Source: an uncultured Deferribacteres bacterium | GTDB taxonomy: Bacteria; Zhuqueibacterota; Zhuqueibacteria; Zhuqueibacterales; Geothermadaptataceae | Assembly: GCA_964014485.1 (NCBI GenBank) | Contig: CAXHAT010000212.1 | Location: 1-12,843 of the forward strand | DNA length: 12,843 nt | Reading direction: 5' to 3' | Part shown: positions 1 through 8,100 of the stretch, piece by piece | How the letters are laid out: the number at the start of each line of letters is the position of its first letter | Numbering within the stretch: the first letter of the stretch is position 1 | Position numbers and translations under genes: made by a program | Notes under the pieces: model-generated | Told to the model about the DNA's origin: nothing | The model's input: only the letters and a program-made list of their open reading frames with translations | The model's database searches: none

Positions 1-320
1 CGCCCGCTGAGATCGTCGCGCTGCCGCCCGCGCAAGTCGATGCGTCGGCCACGGTGACGCTTGGATTTGAAACGACTGTGACTGTTGCACTGCCCGCAGA
101 AGTCCCGGCAAGATTGACGTCACTCAGCGAAGTAATGGTATAAACGGTCGTGTTCGTCGGGCTAACGGTGCGCATCACCGGGCTGGCGGTTACGCCGTTT
201 TGAACCGCGCCGTCCGACCAAGTAATGTTCCATGGAGAGGCGCCGGTCAATGCAGCAGAGATTGTCGTCGAGCCGCCGGAGCAAATCGTCGCGTCGCCGC
301 TAACGGTCGCAGTAGGCGGC
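1..320 (-). repeat. Start of an Ig-like repeat array (TIC-x-G-x-S type)
   Basis: PTATVSGDATICSGGSTTISAALTGASPWNITWSDG...TVSPTNTTVYTIT...SATVTV followed by PSVTVADASTCAGGSATIS; resembles the Ig-like repeats of large FCB-group secreted proteins. The second copy is cut by the window edge. Confidence 0.65.
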
Positions 321-1759
321 GTGAAATCATCATCGGTGATCGTGGCCGTCACCATCGTCGTCGCTCCGACTGTTGCGTTCACCAATCCGCCGGTATTGAT
401 CGAAACTTCGACAGTTTCGTCGCCTTCAACATCGGTATCATCGACGCCGGTCAATGTCGTAACGCCGCTCGGACTGCCGGCGGCAATTGAAATGGTTGTC
501 ACTGAAGCAGTGTAATCATCTGATGCGCCAGGCCCGGCCGCGCCGCCGCCAAAAGTGAGCGGCACGGTGACGGGCAGCCCGGAAACCGCGCTCAAGGTTG
601 CGGTCACGGTGGCCGTCCCCGCGTTTTCATCGAAAGGACTGCCCGAAAGCGACAAGCTCACTGTTGGCGTTGGATCGTTGTCATTTATATCGGTGCTCGC
701 GGAAGTCGTCGCTCCCAACGTCAAGCCGGAGGAAGGATTGCTGATCGTGAACGTCGCGGTTTCATTGTTTTCGTCCAGCGCGTCGTCGAAAACCGCTGCC
801 GTGACTGATCCGCTGGTTGCGCCGTCGGCAATGGTGATTTGCGTGGGCAGCGCCCCGGAAAAATCCACCGCCGTCGCCGCGCCGCTCAGAGCAAGATCGA
901 CTGTTTGTGCGCCGCTTACAGCGCCCCCGGCAGTCGCCGTAATCGTGATATTGCCGCCGTTCTCGGCAATGCTTGGCGTCGGGCTGACGCTCACGTTGAC
1001 CGTTTGGGTGGGACTAAAGTTCGCGGCGTTGATATTCATGGCCATGTGGATGATGGCTTCACCATTTGTTGTGAAGTTGCTGGTAACGCTTGTCGCCCCA
1101 TCCTGCGTGGTTGTGGTGTAAGTTCCCTCCCCGCCACTATCAATTGACTGACTCCCCGTACTGTGAACAACTGTTTTGCCTGCGCCGAGGGTCGTTGTCA
1201 CAGTGGCCGTGTTATGAAATGCGTCAAACACCGCGAACACAAGGTCACCGTCTTCGCTGGTGACTGTCAGGGTGGAATTAATTCCGGCTGCGTTCTGTTC
1301 CTCCCGGTTCATTGCGCTGCTGGTTGGCGTTGTTTGATCCACATTTGAATAGGCAACCGCCGCCATAAATTTTTCATCAGGCACTCCTGCCCCGGGCGTC
1401 ATGACTATATCCCCGGTTACAGCGGAACCGGTCCCCAATTCCAGGATATAAAAAGCATCGCTGGCAAAACCGTCCTGCTCAAACGCCACCTGGGTCATCG
1501 CTGTCCCCCCGAACGTACAATTTGTGATGCTCGTTGAGTTTGTATGCCCGACAGAGACGACAAGAAGTCGATCGGTTCCGGCTGGAACGGTGAAGCTAGA
1601 CAATGTGTTGCTGGCGCCATATTGGGATGCTGGAGTCCCCAACTGGGTAACTGCTGACGGGACTGCCATTGCTGAAGTCGCACAGGCGACTATAAGTGAA
1701 AGAGCGGTCAAAATGGAACGTCCTTTCAAGAATCGTTGAAATCTATTTTTCTTTTTCAT
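1..1759 (-). CDS. Secreted modular surface/adhesin-like protein (N-terminal beta domain, 2 Calx-beta domains, Ig-like repeats); 3'-truncated by the window edge
   Basis: Missing from the ORF track because it has no stop in the window. Hand translation from ATG 1759 is open for 586 codons: MKKKNRFQRFLKGRSILTALSLIVACATSAMA-VPSAV... (basic n-region, hydrophobic core, AMA cleavage site), with AAGGA Shine-Dalgarno upstream. An alternative in-frame ATG lies at 1777. Confidence 0.93.
   Translation of the reverse strand, partial: MKKKNRFQRFLKGRSILTALSLIVACATSAMAVPSAVTQLGTPASQYGASNTLSSFTVPAGTDRLLVVSVGHTNSTSITNCTFGGTAMTQVAFEQDGFASDAFYILELGTGSAVTGDIVMTPGAGVPDEKFMAAVAYSNVDQTTPTSSAMNREEQNAAGINSTLTVTSEDGDLVFAVFDAFHNTATVTTTLGAGKTVVHSTGSQSIDSGGEGTYTTTTQDGATSVTSNFTTNGEAIIHMAMNINAANFSPTQTVNVSVSPTPSIAENGGNITITATAGGAVSGAQTVDLALSGAATAVDFSGALPTQITIADGATSGSVTAAVFDDALDENNETATFTISNPSSGLTLGATTSASTDINDNDPTPTVSLSLSGSPFDENAGTATVTATLSAVSGLPVTVPLTFGGGAAGPGASDDYTASVTTISIAAGSPSGVTTLTGVDDTDVEGDETVEVSINTGGLVNATVGATTMVTATITDDDFTPPTATVSGDATICSGGSTTISAALTGASPWNITWSDGAVQNGVTASPVMRTVSPTNTTVYTITSLSDVNLAGTSAGSATVTVVSNPSVTVADASTCAGGSATISAG
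325..1005 (-). repeat. Two tandem Calx-beta domains
   Basis: Unit 1: ...SIAENGGNITIT...ITIADGATSGSVTAAVFDDALDENNETATFTISNP...TDINDND. Unit 2: ...PFDENAGTATVT...DDYT...ISIAAGSPSGVTTLTGVDDTDVEGDETVEVSI...ATITDDD. Both show the Calx-beta DD-x-x-x-E-x-x-ET and I-x-D-x-D signatures. Boundaries approximate. Confidence 0.85.
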
Positions 1760-1955
1760 GCTTATTCCTTTTGCCATGAAGTGTTTGGCCGAAACAAATT
1801 GTCAGCTCAATTATGCAGCAACTCAACCGACGTTGATTTTATCATTACGACCGTATTATCCTGCGATGATCGTCTTCCAAATGTCCATCCTGAGAAGGAA
1901 CCGCAGATGGTTTCACGTAAGTGTTTCTTGCCTCCTCAATTTCATCGCGCGGTGA

Positions 1956-2729
1956 TTATTCGTCTTCTTCAGAGGAGCTTTGAAAACGCCAGTTGAGAAT
2001 TTTGTGCATCTGGCAGGCCCGGCCTGTCGAAGCCACAAAGCCAACAAACGCTTTACCGTCTTCCAGCGCCAACTGTGTTGATAGTTCAACGTCCACGGTT
2101 AATACTGGTGTGTTGAAGTCGTTGAGAAATATGTCAAGCGTCCCTGCTTCATAGTTAATTTTGACCGTATGCACTGAGCCGTCGTTTAGATCGGCAATTC
2201 GGCTTGCGACCCCAAGCCGTGCATTCAGCTCGGTAGGTGAATTCGATGAAGTACGAAGACTGTGAACAGCGATATGGTTGCTGTTGGGATCAGCTTCTCC
2301 CGTTCTGAAAAAATCAAACTCAATAGCAATACTGTTTGAAATCCCTGCATAGCCCAACCCGTCTCCGCCACGGCCAACCGCTCTTGTATTGCCATTATGG
2401 ATCAAAAAAGCCATACCTTCTCCGGCCACCCTCCGCGAGCGCAAGATCTGCAGCTGAAATGTCGTCGAAAAGCCATCCTGAACTGTCTGTTTTGCATTGA
2501 ACCATACCGCCCCTTTCTGGTTTTCAGCATCAGCGGTAATTCGCATCTCGCCATCTGATATTCCGGCGTCACCAACTAAGACTAATCCGTCGGAAGAACT
2601 GAAGTCAGAGAAAGCTATTTGCGCCTGAGCCGCTAGCGGCAGCGCAATCAAGCATCCCAGAAGTGATAACTGCTCTCCAAGTTTGCGCACTAATCTGATT
2701 ACTGAGAACGTGGTTGTCATTTTTTTCAT
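1956..2729 (-). CDS. Secreted L-type (legume-like / ConA-fold) lectin domain protein
   Basis: 257-aa ORF; AAGGAG upstream of ATG 2729; signal peptide ending ALPLAAQA-Q; legume-lectin motifs QKGAVWF, GFSTTF, GEGMAF (cf. ADGxAF), GGDGLGY, IAIEFD, DPNSNHIAV, HTVKINY, FVGFVASTG, HKILNWRF. Confidence 0.9.
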   Translation of the reverse strand: MKKMTTTFSVIRLVRKLGEQLSLLGCLIALPLAAQAQIAFSDFSSSDGLVLVGDAGISDGEMRITADAENQKGAVWFNAKQTVQDGFSTTFQLQILRSRRVAGEGMAFLIHNGNTRAVGRGGDGLGYAGISNSIAIEFDFFRTGEADPNSNHIAVHSLRTSSNSPTELNARLGVASRIADLNDGSVHTVKINYEAGTLDIFLNDFNTPVLTVDVELSTQLALEDGKAFVGFVASTGRACQMHKILNWRFQSSSEEDE

Positions 2730-2838
2730 ATGAATCTCTCCTTTAAATAATTTGATCAGCGCCTTTAAGCTGCAACCTACTTAGGAAAATTTATCGTCGG
2801 GAGTTTGTTTTCGAATAAGTTTGAGAGATATGATGAAA

Positions 2839-2863
2839 GTAGGAGATGCGTGACATCTCCTAC
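2839..2863 (-). terminator. Perfect 10-bp stem-loop just downstream of the propeller gene (possible terminator, mRNA stabiliser or REP-like element)
   Basis: Minus strand GTAGGAGATG-TCACG-CATCTCCTAC followed by only TTT; begins 11 nt after the stop codon ending at 2875. The short U tract makes it a weak intrinsic terminator at best. Confidence 0.55.
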
Positions 2864-2874
2864 CCTATCGACTC

Positions 2875-3162
2875 TCACTTCATCAACAACAACTTCTTCT
2901 GGGCGGTGAATTGTTGCCCGACTTTAATCGTATACAAATACAATCCGCTGGAAACCCGCTGACCTGAATCGTCACGCGCATCCCAGGTCACTTTGTGCGC
3001 GCCGGGAGCGTAATCGCCGGAAACCAGTGTTCGCACCAACTGTCCCGCGCTGTTGTAAATGTTCAGCGACACATAACCTGCATCGACCAGATCAAACTGA
3101 ATCGTCGTGGTCGGGTTGAACGGATTCGGATAATTCTGATGCAAAGCGAAATCCGTCGGCAA
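2875..3162 (-). other. C-terminal secretion/sorting domain (T9SS type A-like / FlgD Ig-like)
   Basis: LPTDFALHQNYPNPFNPTTTIQFDL...IYNSAGQLVRTLV...WDARDDSGQRVSSGLYLY...KKLLLMK; matches the YPNP...IY...G...SGxY...K pattern. Confidence 0.88.
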
Positions 3163-4773
3163 AGCCTGTTCATTGTTTATTGCCAATTGATCATTGAAGG
3201 CAGCGGCCTTCGGATTCTGGCAACGATCCAACGCCGAACAATAGTCTTCCCACGCCTTACGGAAGTCCTTGATCGCGTCGCCGAAGTAAGGGCCGTCAGG
3301 ATCATTGTATTCTTCATCGCCGTCCGCAAGATCATTGTCACCGTCTTCGAGATCGTCAGCCACATCGCCGGAGGGCGTCGGGTCACATTCGAAGACTTCC
3401 TCTCGCTTTTCTTCGGCGACGCTGCGCGCCAGATCAGCCAGCGCGGCGGCGATGGAATCCGTGCCTTCCATTTCTTCCCTCGCTTCTTCCAAAGCGTCAG
3501 CCGCGTCGCGCAGGGCGTTCAGCATGTCTTCGATCTCATCTCCTTCGGCAAAGCCAAGCGCTTCTTCGAGGGCGTTCTTTGCGTCTTCCAGAGGCTCAAT
3601 CGCATCAGGCGGCGTTCCTGAGTCGTCAATCAATGCCTGCAGTTCTGCACACTGTTGCGTGATGACCTCCGTTGAGGTCAAAGGGATCACGATCTTAAAG
3701 ACATTGTCTGTACTCGATCCTGTCACGAAAACATGACCAGGGGCGCCAACCGCAAGACTAAGCGTATTTTCAAGTCCATTGCCTCCGCCGTCGCCGGAAG
3801 CGTCGATGATCTGCGTAATGGTTCCGTCAGGGGCGATCTTGAACGCATTATCGGAAGTCTTACCCGTAACGAAGACGTTGCCAAAAGCGTCGACGGCTAA
3901 GCCCGTCGCCAGTTGCAGACTATTGCCTGCGCCATCGCCGGCGGCGTCAATTATTTCCGTAATCGCACCGCCGGGCGTGATCTTAAAAACGTTATGCGAA
4001 AAATGCCCCGAGACATACACGTTGCCCGCAGCATCGACAGCGACGTCGTGAGGGCCGATCAGGGTATTCCCGGCGCCGTCGCCTGCGGCGTCGATGATTT
4101 CGGTAATAGCGCCGCCGGGCGTAATTTTGAAGACATTGCTGGAAGCCAGTCCAGCCACAAAAACGTTTCCGAAAGCGTCTACAGCAACGCCATAAGCATG
4201 AACAAGCGTGTTGCTGTTGCCATCCCCTGTCGCGTCAATGATCTCGGTAATGACGCCATCGGGCGTGATCTTAAAGGCGTTCGGGGTCAGGCCAGTTACG
4301 TAGACGTTCCCGGACGCATCTACGGCAACGTCCTTAGGTGCTAAAAGAGTATTTCCGCTTCCGTCGCCAGCGGCGTCAATGATCTGAGTGATTACGCCGC
4401 CGGGCGTAATCTTGAAAACATTGTTGGTAATTTCCCCTGCTACGTAGACATTACCGGAAGCGTCTACGGCTACACCGCGAGGAAATACCAGAAAATTACC
4501 GCCGCCGTCGCCCGTCACATCAATAAGCTCTGTAATCGTACCGCCGGGCGTGATTTTAAAAACGTTAGAGCTACCGCTTCCGGACACGTAAACGTTACCG
4601 GATCCGTCCACGACGATGCTGAATTCGTCCGGACCTTCGAATCCGTTTCCTGCGCCGTCACCGGTTATGTCAATGATTTCAGTGATGGTCTGTCCCGCTG
4701 CAGAATTGAGAAACAAACCCATCGTGAACACAACACTGCAAGTAAGCGTCAACAGTTGTTTAACTCTCCTCAT
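2875..4773 (-). CDS. Secreted NHL/SBBP-like beta-propeller protein with acidic helical domain and T9SS-type-A/FlgD-Ig-like CTD
   Basis: Start reassigned from 4833 to ATG 4773 (AAGGAG 6 nt upstream; MRRVKQLLTLTCSVVFTMGLFLNSAAG-Q signal peptide); 632 aa; seven repeats with the GVAVDxxGNVYV NHL-type core; C-terminal FALHQNYPNPFNP...SGLYLY...KKLLLMK. Confidence 0.92.
   Translation of the reverse strand: MRRVKQLLTLTCSVVFTMGLFLNSAAGQTITEIIDITGDGAGNGFEGPDEFSIVVDGSGNVYVSGSGSSNVFKITPGGTITELIDVTGDGGGNFLVFPRGVAVDASGNVYVAGEITNNVFKITPGGVITQIIDAAGDGSGNTLLAPKDVAVDASGNVYVTGLTPNAFKITPDGVITEIIDATGDGNSNTLVHAYGVAVDAFGNVFVAGLASSNVFKITPGGAITEIIDAAGDGAGNTLIGPHDVAVDAAGNVYVSGHFSHNVFKITPGGAITEIIDAAGDGAGNSLQLATGLAVDAFGNVFVTGKTSDNAFKIAPDGTITQIIDASGDGGGNGLENTLSLAVGAPGHVFVTGSSTDNVFKIVIPLTSTEVITQQCAELQALIDDSGTPPDAIEPLEDAKNALEEALGFAEGDEIEDMLNALRDAADALEEAREEMEGTDSIAAALADLARSVAEEKREEVFECDPTPSGDVADDLEDGDNDLADGDEEYNDPDGPYFGDAIKDFRKAWEDYCSALDRCQNPKAAAFNDQLAINNEQALPTDFALHQNYPNPFNPTTTIQFDLVDAGYVSLNIYNSAGQLVRTLVSGDYAPGAHKVTWDARDDSGQRVSSGLYLYTIKVGQQFTAQKKLLLMK
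3691..4689 (-). repeat. Seven ~48-aa NHL-like repeats (probable 7-bladed propeller)
   Basis: Consensus xITEIIDxxGDGxGNxLxxPxxVAVDAxGNVYVxGxxSxNVFKITPGG, seven copies counted in the translation; ~144-bp periodicity also visible in the DNA. Confidence 0.9.
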
Positions 4774-4839
4774 GGTCTTCTCCTTCTCTGAATGAATTTT
4801 CGATACTGTCGCTTTATCAAACGTCGGACTCAAAACGGT

Positions 4840-5127
4840 TTACTTCATTAATAAGAGCTTTTTCTGCGCCGAAAACTGTTGACCGATTTTGATCGTGTAA
4901 AAATAAAGTCCGCTCGCCACACGAACACCCGACTCATCTCTTGCATCCCAAACAACTTTGTGTGCGCCGGGAGCGAAATTGCCGGAAACAAGTATGCGCA
5001 CGAGTCGTCCCGTGCTGTTGTAAATATTGAGCGAGACATGCCCCGCTTTCGGCAAATCAAATTGAATCGTGGTGTTCGGATTGAACGGGTTCGGATAGTT
5101 TTGATGCAGCGCGAATTTGGTCGGCGT
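4840..5127 (-). other. C-terminal secretion/sorting domain (T9SS type A-like / FlgD Ig-like)
   Basis: PTKFALHQNYPNPFNPNTTIQFDL...IYNSTGRLVRILV...WDARDESGVRVASGLYFY...KKLLLMK, preceded by a Ser/Thr-rich linker. Confidence 0.88.
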
Positions 5128-8100
5128 AAACTGTGAACTGTAAACTGAAGATGCATCTTCGCTTGCAGTTAACGGTTCACTGTTTACAGTTGACCGCTTA
5201 CTGACCGCCGGACCAGAATAAACTTCCAGTTCGTTAACGGCGAGACTTGATTGATTAAAGCCGGTTGCGAGCAGACGAACGTAGCGCGCCGTGGTTTGCG
5301 TGAAGGTAAATTCCTGATTTCCAGAAGCGCCGCTCGTGGTCGAATAGATCGTGAACCAGTTAACGTCATCATCGGAAGCTTGGAATTCATAGCTCGTCGC
5401 AAAGCGCGAACTGTTCCACCGGACTATCGCGCGGCCAACCGGCTGCGGCGAACCCAAATCAATGCGCAGCCACTGGTTGCTGCTTACGTTTCTCGTTCCC
5501 CAAGCCGTACTCTCGTTACCATCGTTGCCGTTTGAAGCGACAAAGGATGAGGCGACGCTTGACGCAGTCGCAGGTTGGTTCAGGGCCAAATTGGTGTTGG
5601 GATCAACGCCGGAATCTTCAGTCGTCGCTGAGGCTTCGTTCGAATAGCCCGAATCGCCGACGCCGTTGCTCGCGCGGACGCGATAAGTGTAGGTCGTACT
5701 CGCGCTCAAGCCCGTGTCGTCATAGTTGGTCACGTTAGCGCCGACGGTTGCGATTTCGGCAAAATTGCCGTCGCCAGCGTGACGCTCGATTTTGAAATTA
5801 TCTTCGTTGTTTGCGTTGTCCGTCCAACTCAAATCGATTTGGGAAGAACCGTTCGCCGTCGCGGTCAAACCTGACGGATCGGCGGGCGGCGGGGGCGGAT
5901 CGTCCGTCGTTGCCGAAGCGTCGTTCGAGTAGCCCGAATTGCCTGCGCCATTGCCCGCTCTCACACGATAGGCGTAGGTCGTGCTCGCGCTCAAGCCCGT
6001 GTCGTCGTAGCTGGTCACATTCGCGCCGACGGTTGCGATTTCGGCGAAATTGCCGTCGCCCGCGTGGCGCTCGATTTTGAAATTGTCTTCGTTGTTGGCG
6101 TTGTCCGTCCAACTCAAATCGATTTGGGATGCGCCATTCGTCGTCGCGATCAAACCACTTGGTGCGGCGGGCGGCGGGGGCGGCGCATCCGTGGTGGCCG
6201 CAGCTTCATTGGAGTAGCCCGAATTGCCGACGCCGTTGCTCGCGCGGACGCGATAAGCGTAGGTCGTGCTCGCGCTCAAGCCCGTGTCGTTGTAGCTCGT
6301 CACATTTGCGCTAACCGTGGCGATTTCGGCGAAATTGCCGTCACCGGCGTGTCGCTCGATTTTGAAATTATCCTCGTTATTTGCATTGTCCATCCAACTC
6401 AAATCGATCTGTGAAGCACCGTTGGCCGTCGCAGTCAAGCCGCTCGGAGCGGCGGGCGGTTGCGGCGGCGCGTCCGTGGTTGCACTGGCCGTATTCGAAT
6501 AGTTCGAATTCCCGGCGCCGTTGTAAGCGCGCACGCGGAAGGTGTAGGTTGTGCTCGCGTTCAAACTAGTGCTGCTGAAACTCGTCACGTTCGCCCCGAC
6601 GGTCGCGATCTCGGCGAAATTGCCGTCGCCGGAATGACGTTCAATGCGGAAGCCGTCCTCGTTGTTCGAATTATCCGTCCAGCTTAAATCGATTTGCGAA
6701 ACGCCGTTTGCACTGGCTGACAAGGCCGTCGGCGCAGCGGGGGGCGTGGGCGTTCCGCCGCCGGAGCAGCCATAAACTTCGAATTCGTTGATGCGATAGG
6801 TCGATTTGTTGTTTTGCGTCATGTGCAAGCGCACGTAGCGCGCGGAAGCGGCGGCGAAGGTATGCTCGTCGATTCCTTTGTCGTTCTTTGTCGCGCTCAC
6901 CACAACCGTCCAGTTCGCATCGTCGGTCGAATGCTGAATTTCATAAACTTCCGCGTAATCCTTGCTCTCCCAATTGATCACCACGCTGTCCACGGTTACG
7001 ATTTCACCAAAATCGACTTTGAGCCACTCAGGCACGCCGGACTGCACGTCGTCGCTGCGCCAGTAGGAATCGACGTCACCGTCATTGGTGTTTGAAGGCG
7101 GATCGTCCGGGTCTTGTGAAGAAGCCGTCATCGTGTTGCCCGAGGCCAGATTTTCGCCGGGCGTGCAATTCACCGGCGCCGCGTCGGTTGTTGCGGAAGC
7201 CTCGTTGGAGAAGCCGGAGTCGCCCTCGTTGTTAAAAGCGAAAACGCGATAAGTGTAAGTCGTTTCGGCATTCAGGCCAATGTCGTTGTAACTCGCAACG
7301 TCAGCGCCCAAAGTTGCGATTTCAGCAAAATTCCCGTCGCCGCTGTGACGCTGAACTTTGAAGCCGTCCTCGTTGTTTGAATTGTCGCTCCAGCTTAAAT
7401 CAATTTGCGAAGAACCGTTGGCCGTTGCGGTGAGCCCGCTCGGATCAGCAGGCGCGGTCGGCGGATCGTCCGTCGTCGCGGCGGCTTCGTTGGAATAGCC
7501 CGAATCGCCGTTGCCGTTGCTGGCGCGCACGCGATAGGTGTACGTTGTACTGGCGCTCAAGCCGGTATTGCTGTAGCCGGTCACATTCGCGCCGACCGTC
7601 GCGATTTCGGCAAAATTGCCGTCGCCGGAATGACGTTCGATTTTGAAGTTCGACTCGTCGGAAGCATTGTCCGTCCACGCAAGATCAATCTGTGAAACGC
7701 CGTTCGCCGTCGCGGTTAAAGCGGAGGGATCGGCGGGGGGCGGCGGGTCGTTCGTCGTTGCCGAAGCTTCGTTGGAATAGCCGGAATCCCCAGCGTCGTT
7801 GGTTGCGCGCACGCGATAAGTGTAGGTTGTGCTTGCGCTCAAACCCGTGTCGTTATAGCCGGTCACGTCCGCGCCGATTGTTGTAATTTCCGCGAAATTA
7901 CCGTCCCCGGCATGGCGCTCAATTTTGAAACCGGTTTCGTTGTTGGCGTTGTCCGTCCAACTCAAATCGATTTGGGATGCGCCATTCGCTGTCGCAGTCA
8001 AACTACTTGGTGCGGCGGGCGGTGGCGGAGGTGCGTCCGTCGTTGCGGCGGCTTCGTTCGAATAGCCGGAGTCGCCGACGCCGTTGCTGGCGCGCACGCG

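Noticed and set aside
200..1348. Plus-strand ORFs 200-490, 225-515, 555-1121, 839-1147, 1163-1348
   Set aside because: Antisense shadows of the minus-strand Calx-beta gene; no recognisable motifs, and 225-515 and 555-1121 are simply the codon-complement frame of a Thr/Ala/Gly/Asp-rich protein.
1801..1945. Tiny minus-strand ORFs (MKLRRQETLT; 23-codon GTG ORF after GAGGAGG) and a G:U-rich hairpin at 1801-1831
   Set aside because: ORFs are too short and featureless, the SD-like motif is 14 nt from the GTG, and the hairpin depends on several wobble pairs and a mismatch.
3691..4689. Diversity-generating retroelement target/template in the propeller repeats
   Set aside because: No reverse transcriptase in the window, repeats are all in-frame coding, and differences between blades are not visibly restricted to adenines.
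4774..4833. Upstream TTG start at 4833 for the propeller gene
   Set aside because: ATG 4773 has an AAGGAG RBS and begins a canonical signal peptide.
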